Source: Bacteroidota bacterium (GTDB taxonomy: Bacteria; Bacteroidota; Ignavibacteria; Palsa-1295). From it: a stretch of DNA of 64,000 nt. The notes beneath the pieces were generated by a model. It searched no databases. It saw nothing but the letters and a program-made list of their open reading frames with translations, and was not told where the DNA came from. This document shows positions 1 through 9,700 of the stretch, piece by piece. Numbering within the stretch: the first letter of the stretch is position 1; the number at the start of each line of letters is the position of its first letter. A program made the position numbers and the translations under genes. The stretch covers positions 1,423-65,422 of the forward strand of contig JAJPIQ010000036.1 in assembly GCA_021324685.1 (NCBI GenBank). The letters run 5' to 3'.

Positions 1-1041
1 TGCGACTATCTCTCCCGCGGGATTGATCCCAATTCCGCTGCATTCGTTCTCGAGAAACCCGGTATCGTTAGACGTCAGGGTGTCGATCTCCCACGTGATA
101 CCATTATCCATGCTCCAAAGCGTTTTATTGGTCCACGCTCCGACGGCTGCCACAATGGTATCCCGATCGACATCTGAGATCGCATCGATCGAACCGTTAC
201 CATCCATCGTATCGTCAAAGACAGTAGTCCAATGCTGGCCCCCATCGATCGTACGAGCCATGCAGGGAAATAAGCTCGTGCCAATCTCATGGGAACCGTA
301 CGCCAGTACGGTGTCCCCGGAACCAAATTGGCAAGATGCGTAAAGGTACAGCAGACTACGACGCGGGTCGGAAACGATGGGATTGGTCGAATCGAAGGTG
401 CTCCAGGCATCTTCTGTCTTGTAAAGGCGCTCAGCATTGGAGCTGAATCCCAGGTATCGATTTGCGCTATAAGCCTGGCATTGGCTTAACCCTTCCGGAT
501 TTGCGAATGGGACCGCCGTCCAATGGTCTCCTCCGTCGGAAGTAATAGCAAGGCTGTCCCACAAGTTTATGATACCGTTCAGTTTGGTGGAGAAGCTAAT
601 GCTGCTCGGCATCGAGGAACCAGACCACACACGCTGCCATGACGTTCCGCCATCTGTACTCCGAAGAAGAGAAAATGAACGGTTCCCATTGTAAAGACGC
701 ACTCCTTCGACAAAAATGTTTAGCGAGTCGACCACGTCGATCCGGGATATTCCGAAATTTGTATCGGAAATCCCAATATCCTTTGTTTCCCAGGTTTGGC
801 CGCCATCATCCGAACGTAAAATAGCTGGGAAACCGAGTTCAATAGTACTGTTATCCGGGACCGTGCGCGCAGTCGCGACACAAATGTTTTTTTTGCAGGT
901 AAGCTCTTCATAACCCCAGAACATGTTCCCGGCAACGTGCTCGCCATGGGTTATCGTGCACATGATTTGAGCGCTTACCATGGCTGGACAAACGGCCAGC
1001 CATGGAATCAAAGTAAGCAACACTCTTCGATATTGTGTCAT
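1..1041 (-). CDS. Secreted BNR/Asp-box repeat beta-propeller protein (N-terminal 347 codons; 3' end beyond window start)
   Basis: Absent from the ORF track because there is no stop in the window. I translated the reverse strand by hand: ATG at 1041..1039, and the frame stays open to position 1. N-terminal signal peptide MTQYRRVLLTLIPWLAVCPAMVSAQ. Four Asp-box (SxDxGxTW) motifs: SDDGGQTW, STDGGTSW, TSDGGDHW, TIDGGQHW. Confidence 0.8.
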   Translation of the reverse strand, partial: MTQYRRVLLTLIPWLAVCPAMVSAQIMCTITHGEHVAGNMFWGYEELTCKKNICVATARTVPDNSTIELGFPAILRSDDGGQTWETKDIGISDTNFGISRIDVVDSLNIFVEGVRLYNGNRSFSLLRSTDGGTSWQRVWSGSSMPSSISFSTKLNGIINLWDSLAITSDGGDHWTAVPFANPEGLSQCQAYSANRYLGFSSNAERLYKTEDAWSTFDSTNPIVSDPRRSLLYLYASCQFGSGDTVLAYGSHEIGTSLFPCMARTIDGGQHWTTVFDDTMDGNGSIDAISDVDRDTIVAAVGAWTNKTLWSMDNGITWEIDTLTSNDTGFLENECSGIGINPAGEIVA

Positions 1042-1288
1042 TCAGTTGATGCGGTCTACATGTCTCTCCATCGAAATGACAATTTCCATCAGAACGCCAG
1101 GACAAATCATGGCACGAGCAATTTACTCCATTTTGAATGGCGGATTTGTCACAAGAGACGAATACAATATACCATTTCTTTTGTGTACCTTGATAAATTA
1201 ATTTCTGATGCATGCTTCTTATGAAAATCTGGCGGAACGTGTTGAGGCCAGGGAAGAAGGTTTTCCAAAAAATCGCGCAGGTACTATA

Positions 1289-1312
1289 CGTGGATTTCAT
1301 GCGAAATCCACG
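1289..1312. repeat. Perfect 10-bp stem / 4-nt loop hairpin in a divergent intergenic region (function unknown)
   Basis: cgtggatttc-atgc-gaaatccacg, read directly. It lies between the divergently transcribed BNR gene and the lipoprotein gene. Confidence 0.5.
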
Positions 1313-1446
1313 CAAATCCTGCGAAAATTAGTTTTTGAAAAAATTATCATAGAGTCTGGCTTAAACCAATCGGTCGCTCGTAACTCTATTCGAGCATAGG
1401 GAATGGAACCCACGACCTCAAATCTATAACTCATACGATCAGAAAA

Positions 1447-2376
1447 ATGAATTATCTACATCACATATCGATCCTTAAAATCTATTGGAAGTCGGGCGCA
1501 TTACGCGCTAATGTGCTCGCAGGGTTTGGTGCACTGGTCTTCGTCTGTTCGGCCGCGATGATCTCGGGCTGTGCTACGCAGAGCACGGCCCCCGCGCAAA
1601 GCGAAGCGGCCCAACCGGACGCCGTCCAGGCGTCGAACTCCCGCGATGCGGCGGACATCCTCGCGGCTTCCGTCGGAACAAGTTCCGGCGGGACGGGAAT
1701 GGTCTTCGTCGATGCGATGACGCTCGCGCAGGGCCAGCCGATCCCGGACGCCATCGTGAAAACGCTCACGAGCGATACGAGCACCGTTCATACGGTGACG
1801 GTCACGCGTTCGAAAACGAAAAATGGTTACGGCTATTCCGGGACCTGGACCCACACCTGGGTCTATTACGATGCGAACGGGAACCCGATGCCCAAATTCA
1901 TCAAGGGGCAAACCGATAGCATCGTGATCTCGTCCGTTGGCGAGCATACGATCACGACGCCGCGCGTGAGCCTCGCGGACTCCTCGCGGGGGATGTGGAC
2001 GATCTCGAACCTGGTCGCCGCACCCGATTCGGCAACGCTGAATGGAACGCTCACTCGCGCCGGCCAGACCAGCCGCCTTGCCAGCGGCAAAACGTACACG
2101 CATACGTTCACGATCAACTGGACCAACGACATTCTCGTCAAAACGCATGACAACGACTGGGACGAGGACGTCGCGTACCTGCTCGGGAATGGTTCCAGCG
2201 ACTTCAAGGCCGTCGGCTTCAACGGGAATTCGTTCGAACGCGCGGTCTCGATCGTCTATCACGGCGATGGTACGGCGACGCTGACAGTTACCCGGACTTC
2301 CGGCAACGGCACGGTCGATACGTTTACGATCGACGCCAAGCGCGGCATCTGGCTGCGGGACGATCATATTGGATAA
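1447..2376 (+). CDS. Hypothetical lipoprotein
   Basis: 309-aa ORF. Signal peptide with lipobox (...AAMISGC ATQ) and a Thr/Ser/Gly-rich mature part. The antisense ORF 1501..2418 is Arg-rich and looks like a shadow ORF. Confidence 0.6.
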   Translation: MNYLHHISILKIYWKSGALRANVLAGFGALVFVCSAAMISGCATQSTAPAQSEAAQPDAVQASNSRDAADILAASVGTSSGGTGMVFVDAMTLAQGQPIPDAIVKTLTSDTSTVHTVTVTRSKTKNGYGYSGTWTHTWVYYDANGNPMPKFIKGQTDSIVISSVGEHTITTPRVSLADSSRGMWTISNLVAAPDSATLNGTLTRAGQTSRLASGKTYTHTFTINWTNDILVKTHDNDWDEDVAYLLGNGSSDFKAVGFNGNSFERAVSIVYHGDGTATLTVTRTSGNGTVDTFTIDAKRGIWLRDDHIG

Positions 2377-2403
2377 TCCCGGATTTTCAAATTGAAATGA
2401 GGA

Positions 2404-2437
2404 CGAAGGCGCGGGCAAACCTGCGCCTTCGTTTCGT
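2404..2437 (+). terminator. Rho-independent terminator candidate
   Basis: cgaaggcgc-(10 nt loop)-gcgccttcg followed by tttcgtt, 28 nt after the stop of the upstream CDS. Confidence 0.6.
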
Positions 2438-2449
2438 TGTTAGGCCGCC

Positions 2450-3133
2450 ATGAAGCTGATCGAACTCGGCCTGACGCCATACCGGGAAGCATGGGAACTC
2501 CAGCGAACGGTGTTTCAGGGCGTCCTCACGGCTCAGGAGGAGGACACCCTGATCCTCGTCGAGCACCCGCCGGTCTATACCTTCGGCCGGGGCGTCGATA
2601 GGCGCTCGAATGGGACTCCCGCGAATTTCTTACTCAGCCAGGAAAAGCTTCTCGCGATCGGAGCCGAAACCTTCGAGATCGAGCGTGGCGGCGATGTCAC
2701 GTTCCACGGTCCCGGACAGCTTGTCGGGTATCCGATCCTGAACCTTGCCCACTTTAAGGAAGACCTGGGGTGGTATCTTCGGTCCCTGGAAGAGACGGTG
2801 ATCGAAGTATTGCGAACGTACGCGATCGAGGGATTTCGTGTCCCGGGCCGCACCGGAGTGTGGGTTGCAAATGCGGCGGGCGAAGAAAAGATCTGCGCGA
2901 TCGGAGTCCATGCTTCGCGCTGGTGTACGATGCACGGGTTTGCGTTCAATATCGATACCGATCTGAGTTACTTCCAGCATATCGTTCCCTGCGGCATAAC
3001 GGACCGGGGCGTCACCAGTCTGCAAAAAATAGTGGGACGCGAGATTCCGATGCCGGAAGTTCGGGAGCGATATGTCAGTGCATTCGAATCGGTATTCCAG
3101 GTCGATTTCAGCGAAGCCCAAGTCGCGCGGTGA
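2450..3133 (+). CDS. lipB: Lipoyl(octanoyl) transferase LipB
   Basis: Motifs LILVEHPPVYTFGR, ERGGDVTFHGPGQLVGYPIL, CAIGVHASRWCTMHGFAFN and IVPCGI are typical of LipB. 227 aa. Confidence 0.9.
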   Translation: MKLIELGLTPYREAWELQRTVFQGVLTAQEEDTLILVEHPPVYTFGRGVDRRSNGTPANFLLSQEKLLAIGAETFEIERGGDVTFHGPGQLVGYPILNLAHFKEDLGWYLRSLEETVIEVLRTYAIEGFRVPGRTGVWVANAAGEEKICAIGVHASRWCTMHGFAFNIDTDLSYFQHIVPCGITDRGVTSLQKIVGREIPMPEVRERYVSAFESVFQVDFSEAQVAR

Positions 3134-3648
3134 ATTCCTTCCCCTATAAACGGATTTGCGTCATCGGTTCCTCGGCGAGCGGGAAGACCACGCTCTCTCG
3201 CGCGCTTGCCGAACGCACCGGGCTGGATCATATCGAGATCGACTCCATTTATCACGGACCGAACTGGACCCATGCTCCGGATTTTCCGGACCGAGTCTAT
3301 CGGGAACTCGAACGCGAACGGTGGATCGCGGACGGCAATTACATGAACTTCGTTCAGATCCTCCATAAAGCCGATCTGATCGTATGGCTCGATTATCCGT
3401 TTCGCATCGTTCTCTTGCGGGTGCTGCGACGTACCGCGTACCGGCTCGTTTTCCGAAAACCGCTCTGGAATGGCAATCGCGAAACGCTGAGGCTTACATT
3501 TTCAAAAGAGAGCATTATCGTATGGGTCTTCCAGACCTATTGGAAGCGAAAAAAATCGTTTCCCGCAATGCTTGAATCGTATCCACACATTGAAAAAGTG
3601 ATCTTTCGACATCCCCGCGAAGCGAAGGCCTGGCTGAAGATGTGGTAG
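3130..3648 (+). CDS. P-loop NMP-kinase-like ATPase (adenylate kinase / topology-modulation FlaR-type family)
   Basis: Walker A VIGSSASGKTTLSRALA near the N-terminus. The likely start is GTG 3130, overlapping the lipB stop (GTGA). The upstream part of track ORF 2770..3648 overlaps lipB in another frame and is rejected. Confidence 0.7.
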   Translation: MNSFPYKRICVIGSSASGKTTLSRALAERTGLDHIEIDSIYHGPNWTHAPDFPDRVYRELERERWIADGNYMNFVQILHKADLIVWLDYPFRIVLLRVLRRTAYRLVFRKPLWNGNRETLRLTFSKESIIVWVFQTYWKRKKSFPAMLESYPHIEKVIFRHPREAKAWLKMW

Positions 3649-3716
3649 TTCCGAAGCTCAGCCGTTGGTGAGCGGCACACCGGTTGTAGTTTTCTATTTC
3701 ATTTTACCACAGAGCT

Positions 3717-4112
3717 ATGAACCACACACGATCTATGTTATGGACGGCGATCTTTGCCGTGGCCTTGTTTGCCGCCGGTTGTTCCAGTTCCCAGCATTCC
3801 ACCAATGGCCAAACGTACACCCGGACTGCCAACGGTGCCGTCGTGAACGTCAGCGAGGACGAATACCACATTCACATGCCGACGGCGTTCCCGGCCGGCA
3901 TGGTCACGTTCCACATTACGAATAACGGCCAGCACAATCATAACTTCAAGATCAAGGGCATGGGTATCGAGCAGCAACTGCCAACCGACATCATGCCGGG
4001 ACAGACCGCCGACATGACCGTCTCGCTGGTACCGGGCGTATACGATATTCTCTGCCCGATCGTCGGCCATGCCGATCTCGGAATGCGCCTCAGCGTGACG
4101 GCGACGCAGTAA
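3717..4112 (+). CDS. Cupredoxin (type-1 blue copper) lipoprotein
   Basis: Lipobox LFAAGC SSS. Candidate copper ligands are His in NNGQHNHNF and CPIVGHADLGM (Cys-x4-His-x4-Met, an azurin/auracyanin-like spacing). Confidence 0.7.
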   Translation: MNHTRSMLWTAIFAVALFAAGCSSSQHSTNGQTYTRTANGAVVNVSEDEYHIHMPTAFPAGMVTFHITNNGQHNHNFKIKGMGIEQQLPTDIMPGQTADMTVSLVPGVYDILCPIVGHADLGMRLSVTATQ

Positions 4113-4121
4113 TTCGTTCTG

Positions 4122-6638
4122 CTAAGAAAAGAGTTCTGGGAACCGCGAGGGATCGGCCTCGCGCATGATGCCATACGCGGCCTCGATCACATCTCCGACC
4201 TGCGGCTTGGAAAAATAATCGCCATCGGAGCCATAGGCCGGGCGGTGTTCTTTCGAGGTGAGCGTCATCGGCTTGGCGTCGAGCCAGCGGTAGCCGTCCT
4301 GCACTTCAAGGACCTGCCGGAGCATATAGGCCGTTGCGCCGCCGGGGACGTCCTCGTCCATAAAGAGGATGCGGTTCGTCCGTTTGAGCGATTCCACGAT
4401 CGAATGGTGCCGATCGAACGGCGCGAGGCTCTGGACATCGATCACTTCGAGCGAGATACCGAGCGATTCGAGTTCCTGGGCCGCTTCCATTGCAACGCGG
4501 CAGGAAGCGCCGTAGGTCACGAGCGTGATATCGGTCCCTCTGCGCAGGGTTTCGGGAACTCCCAGGGGGACCGTAAATTCTCCGACGTTGGATGGGATCG
4601 TTTCCTTGAGGCGGTATCCGTTCAGGACTTCCACGATGAGCGCCGTATCGTCCGAGCGGAGCATCGTATTGTAAAATCCCGCCGCCTGTGTCATATTCCG
4701 TGGAACGAGGACGAACATCCCGTGGACCGCATTCAGGATCATCGCCATAGGGGAACCCGAATGCCACACCCCTTCCAGCCGGTGTCCGCGCGTCCGGACG
4801 ATCACGGGTGCCTTTTGGCCGCCCTTCGTGCGCCATTGGACGGTCGCGAGATCGTCCGACATTGGTTCCAACGCGAACAAGAGATAATCGAGATATTGAA
4901 TTTCGACGATCGGCCGAAGTCCGCGCATAGCGGCGCCGATCCCCTGGCCCAAGATCGTCGCTTCGCGAATTCCGGTATCGGTGACACGCAGTTCTCCATA
5001 TTTCGCCTGCAGATCCTCGAACCCTTTATTGACATCGCCGATAACGCCAATGTCCTCGCCGATGGCAAAGACACGCGGATCGCGCTCAAGCGCTTTATCG
5101 AAGCAGGCCTGCATGACCTGCCGCCCGTCGACCTTGGGTTCGTTCCCGCTGTATTCGGCTTTGATTTCGGGAACGTTCAGTGCCGACTCGCTCGACTCGC
5201 TGTAAATATGAGAAGAATATTCGTTCCAATGCCGGGCGTCGGCCGATTTTTTCCACTCCGATAGCGTGCGGATGCCGCCGCCGTTGCCGGCCGAAGGACC
5301 CGTCCCCGCCACGCGAAACACTTTGCCGACCGCATTATAGATGTCTTTATAGATCGGCTCCTTGATCGCATTCAGCGCATTCCGAATGCCCGAGATCGTT
5401 TCCGGATCCGGAGATTCGGACGCGATCGAATCGAAGATCGCGCTCACTTCGGCAATGTCCCGTTTGATCGGGGCCAGATATGCTTCCCAGGCGCGCGCTT
5501 TGGCGTCATCGACGATCTTCTTATCCTCGGCGTCGATCGCGTCCATCTCCTCCGGCGTGGCGACATGATTAGCGACGATCCATTCGCGGAAGCGTTTTAT
5601 ACAATCGTGCTCGGTTTCCCATTCAAGCCGTTCTTTCGATTTATACCGTTCGTGAGAACCCGAAGTCGAATGCCCCTGCGGCTGCGTAAGCTCGGTGATG
5701 TGGAACAGGACCGGGGTATGTTCGGCGCGGGCGCGGGCCGTGCCTTCGCGATAGGCGTTCAGGAGCGCCGGATAGTCCCAGCCCTGAACCTTGTAGATCA
5801 CATAGCCGTCGCCGCAGGCGTTCGTTTCGAATCCTTTCAGGATTTCCGAAATGTCCTCCTTGCACGTCTGGTATTTCGCAGGCACGCTGATGCCATAGCC
5901 ATCGTCCCACACACTGATCGCCATCGGCACACGAAGGACCCCCGCGGCATTGAATGCTTCCCAGAACAATCCTTCGGAGGTCGAAGCGTTCCCAATCGTT
6001 CCGAACGCAATTTCGTTACCGCGATCGGAAAACGATTCGAAACCCGTTTGGAGCACCGGCGTTTCGCGAAAGAGCTTCGAGGCATAGGCCAGCCCGACCA
6101 GCCGCGGCATTTGCCCACTCGTCGGCGAAATATCGGCAGAAGAATTCTTCTGCGCCATCAAATTTTTCCACGTGCCGTCCGGATTCAGGCTGCGCGTCCC
6201 GAAGTGGCCGTTCATCATGCGTCCCGCCGAGGCCGGCTCGGCTTCGACGGACGTATGCGCATACAACTGTGCAAAAAATTCCTGGATGGTGTAAATCCCG
6301 GCGGCGAACATGAAGGTCTGGTCGCGGTAATATCCCGAGCGCCAGTCGCCATTCCGGAAGACGCGCGCCATCGCGACCTGCGGCAGTTCTTTCCCGTCGC
6401 CAAAAATGCCGAATTTCGCCTTACCGGTCAGGACTTCGCGCCGCCCGAGCACGCTTGCGAGCCGGCTCTGGTGTGCCGTCCGGTAATCGCTCAGGACCTC
6501 TTCACGAGTAAGTCCAACGTCGCCGATCACAGAATGAGAATGGGAGGAGGTGGGGGCATGACCGTTTGTCATCGCCACATTCGAGAGCTTTTCGCTTGCC
6601 GCCTTTGGGAGCTTCGTCGCCATGACACGCCCCAACAA
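4122..6638 (-). CDS. Fused 2-oxoacid (branched-chain type) dehydrogenase E1 component, alpha+beta subunits, TPP-dependent
   Basis: 838-aa ORF. The N-terminal half resembles E1-alpha (TPP-binding GNASTSEG..., WDDGYGISV). The C-terminal half resembles the E1-beta/transketolase pyrimidine-binding and C-terminal domains (FAIGEDIG, RVTDTGIREA, IQYLDY, VIVRTRGHRLEG). The antisense ORFs are Arg-rich shadows. Confidence 0.85.
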   Translation of the reverse strand: MLGRVMATKLPKAASEKLSNVAMTNGHAPTSSHSHSVIGDVGLTREEVLSDYRTAHQSRLASVLGRREVLTGKAKFGIFGDGKELPQVAMARVFRNGDWRSGYYRDQTFMFAAGIYTIQEFFAQLYAHTSVEAEPASAGRMMNGHFGTRSLNPDGTWKNLMAQKNSSADISPTSGQMPRLVGLAYASKLFRETPVLQTGFESFSDRGNEIAFGTIGNASTSEGLFWEAFNAAGVLRVPMAISVWDDGYGISVPAKYQTCKEDISEILKGFETNACGDGYVIYKVQGWDYPALLNAYREGTARARAEHTPVLFHITELTQPQGHSTSGSHERYKSKERLEWETEHDCIKRFREWIVANHVATPEEMDAIDAEDKKIVDDAKARAWEAYLAPIKRDIAEVSAIFDSIASESPDPETISGIRNALNAIKEPIYKDIYNAVGKVFRVAGTGPSAGNGGGIRTLSEWKKSADARHWNEYSSHIYSESSESALNVPEIKAEYSGNEPKVDGRQVMQACFDKALERDPRVFAIGEDIGVIGDVNKGFEDLQAKYGELRVTDTGIREATILGQGIGAAMRGLRPIVEIQYLDYLLFALEPMSDDLATVQWRTKGGQKAPVIVRTRGHRLEGVWHSGSPMAMILNAVHGMFVLVPRNMTQAAGFYNTMLRSDDTALIVEVLNGYRLKETIPSNVGEFTVPLGVPETLRRGTDITLVTYGASCRVAMEAAQELESLGISLEVIDVQSLAPFDRHHSIVESLKRTNRILFMDEDVPGGATAYMLRQVLEVQDGYRWLDAKPMTLTSKEHRPAYGSDGDYFSKPQVGDVIEAAYGIMREADPSRFPELFS

Positions 6639-6642
6639 TTAT

Positions 6643-6679
6643 AAACCGGCTTTTCTTCCCATGCACAAAAAGCCGGTTT
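6643..6679 (-). terminator. Hairpin terminator candidate after the large adhesin gene
   Basis: aaaccggctttt-(12 nt)-aaaagccggttt: a 12-bp perfect stem with A/T-rich arms, about 75 nt downstream of the stop at 6754 on the minus strand. Confidence 0.6.
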
Positions 6680-6753
6680 AGCCCTGAACGAAAGGCAGTT
6701 TTACGAACAAAAACGATTCGCGTCCGAAAGAAAGATTTCTGCGAGAAGCGAAA

Positions 6754-9700
6754 TTATTTTTCGAATTCGACTAACACGCTCTTATTCCGAGCGCCATTTT
6801 GGAGTGTGAGGCGATAGAGTCCCACGGGAAGATCGGTCGTCGAATACGTCTCTTCAAACGATCCGGCCGTCCGCGACTCGTTGACGAGATATTTTACCGT
6901 ACGGCCAAGGACGTCCTGCAGGGCAAGTTCGACCGGCCCATCTTCGGTCGTATGATAGCGGACCGAAAAACTTCCGGTGGAAGGATTCGGCTCGACCCGT
7001 TTGATCGCAAGCGCAGTATCCGAACTCGTCAGCCACGGCGAACAGGGACCCGACACGCAGACGGTCCCGTGCACCCGCTCGACCTTGAGTGGCGCGTTCG
7101 AAAAGTAAAACGTGTCGAGCGAAAGCGGGCCGCAATCGGGATCGATCGTGCCGGCGATGAATTTCAGTTCCATCAGCGTGTCCATGCCTTTGGTCCATGG
7201 CCCGTTAATGGGGAGCGTCCAATCGGTCCCGTTTCGAACGGCGGCGGCGTTCAGCGGCGTGAGCAGTCCGGCGTCGACGCGTAAGATACCAGCGTAGGAC
7301 GTGGCGTTGCTCGCGTCGAGCTGCGCGGTGTTCGTGAGGTAGAGCGGGATCGTAATCGTCTGGGTGGGCGAAGCCGTTGTGAGCGGCGGGAACGTTGCGA
7401 CAACCGTCGGCACGCTACCCATGGGAGCGCTCGCGACCGAACAGCCGTTCGCATCCGTAATCGTAACCGTGTAAGCACCCGTGGAATCGAACGCCACGGT
7501 CTGCATCGTATCGCCGGGGAGCGGCACTCCATTTAATTCCCACTGATAGTGAGCGGCCGGGCTCGAGGTCAGCGTTGTTCCATTCGCGGTAATGACCGGC
7601 GTCGCCGGGGCGGGATAGAGCGTGACCGAGACCGGCTGGGAATTGCCGTTGCAGCCCGTGGCATCGGTGACGAAGACGCTATAGCCGCCGCTGCTGCCGA
7701 CCCTCAACCGATGCGAGGTCTCGCCGGTGAGTTGGGAACCGTTTAAGGACCACTGATACGACGCATATCCCGTACCGGCATCGAGCGTCGCGCTATCGCC
7801 GGGGCAGAGCGCGATCGGGCCCGGAGGCGCGATCGTTGGGGTTAGATGATCGCCGATCGCGATCGAAACTTGTGCGGTGCCGACGCAGCCATCGGAATTC
7901 GTATCGATGACTGTTAATGTTCCCGATCCCGTCGCGCCCCATTGGATGACGATCGAGTCCCCCGCCTGGGCGAGGGTACTCCCGAGCGCCGCAGGTACGA
8001 TTTGCCAATCGAACGTCCCGACCGCCGGCGTGACGTGATAATGCCCAATGCCATTGGCGCAGAGCGAGGAGGGCCCGGCGATCGAGGGTTGCGGCATCGC
8101 CGCCAGCGTAACGACGACCGGTCCGGAAGACGCCGTGCAGCCGGTACTGTTCGTGGCCGTGACGGCATAGGACCCACCCTGCGTGACACGAATCGTTTGG
8201 ACCGAGTCGAACGGGTTCCCATCCTTCGTCCACGCATATTGGTATCCCGCGGTGGCCGAAAGCACGAGCGTATCGCCATCGCAAAGCGTGGCGGCGCCAT
8301 TCGGAGTGATATTTACCGTGGGCCGAGGCACTACCGTAAATTGCAGCGGTGCGGTACTCCCGGTACAGCCGGACGCATTCGAGACCGTAACAGAATAGAG
8401 CCCGTTCTTCGAAACGTAGATCGCGCCGGTCGTGTCTCCGGTGCTCCATTGATAGCTCGCGTAGGGAACCGTCGTCGTTACCTTCACTGAATCGCCGGCG
8501 CAAATGGCAGTGGAAGGCGTGGAAATCACAGGACGCGGGACGCTGTCCGGAAAGACCGTCACGTTCACTTTCTGCGAGGTCCCTCCGCAGCCGGCGCTAT
8601 CGGTCACCCGGACATAATACGTTCCCGAAGCGATGATCGGGATGGAACTGAGCGTGGCTCCATTGGACCATTTATAGCTCGCATACCCCGTCGGTGCGTT
8701 GAGACGCAGGCTGTCACCGGCGCAGAGCGTGAGTGGGCCATCGGCGCTGATCCGCGGCGTGAGTGTGTCCGCCACGGTGATTAGCACGGAGTCGGCCGCC
8801 GTGCACCCGTTCTTGTCCGTAACCATGATCGTGTACCGTGTTGCCGTCGAAGGAGATGCAATCGGCTGCGCGATCGTGGTGCTGCTGAGTCCGGTGGCCG
8901 GAGTCCATTTGATGGTGTACGGCGTCTTACCGCCCGCAAGCAACGTCGCGATCTTGATCGAGGAACCGTTACAGATCGAGAGCTCCGGCCCGGCGGAAAG
9001 TTTAAGGAGCGGATTGACCGTTACCGCGGAAGAATCGCGCGACGTGCAGCCGTTATGGTCCGTGATCGTCACATAATATTTCGTGGTCGTGTCGGGTGCG
9101 GCGATGACGACATTCGAATCGATCCGGTCGAGGCCGGTCGTGGGCGACCAGGAATAGGTATATGGTGCCACCCCTCCGGAACCCGTTGCCGAGAGCGTGA
9201 CGGGCGTGCCGCCGCACACCGTATGGTTCCCGCCGGCCGCGACCTTTGGGCCGGCATAGAGCGTCACCGTGATCTGCTTGGTGGTGATGCAACCGCTCGT
9301 GTCGGTCACCGAGAGGGTGTACGTCGTCGGTTTCGTCGGCGAAGCGGTGGGTTGCAGCGAGTCCGGATGGTCCAGCGTCCCGACCGGAGTCCAGGAATAC
9401 GAGACCGCTCCGGGGCTCGTCGTCGCTAGGAACTTTACCGAGGAGCCGGGACAGATCTCGTTGACCGGAGGAATATCGACCTGAACGCCCGGGCGAATAT
9501 GGAGCCGCACCGTGTCGGAAGTCGCATTGCATAAATCCGTTCCCTCGACGCCGGCCGTATAAATATAGGTCCCACCGCCCTGCGGCGTCGTGAACGTGTA
9601 GGACGATCCCGTGGCGCCGGTGATGGTCGTGCCATTGACATACCACTGATAGGTGAGTGCGCCCGTCGCGGTCGAAAGCGTCACCGGGGTATTTGCGCAG

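Noticed and set aside
1501-2418. 305-aa minus-strand ORF overlapping the 1447..2376 lipoprotein gene
   Set aside because: It is Arg-rich and low-complexity, with no signal or domain. The plus-strand product has a lipoprotein signal peptide and plausible composition.
2770-3129. Upstream part of track ORF 2770..3648, which would overlap lipB by 360 nt
   Set aside because: That segment is an off-frame read of lipB. The P-loop protein's homology starts right at GTG 3130 (the Walker A follows within ~10 residues).
4245-6644. Two long plus-strand ORFs (4245..5264 and 5565..6644) antisense to the E1 alpha/beta gene
   Set aside because: Both are Arg/His-rich shadow ORFs. The minus strand carries clear TPP-enzyme motifs over its whole length.
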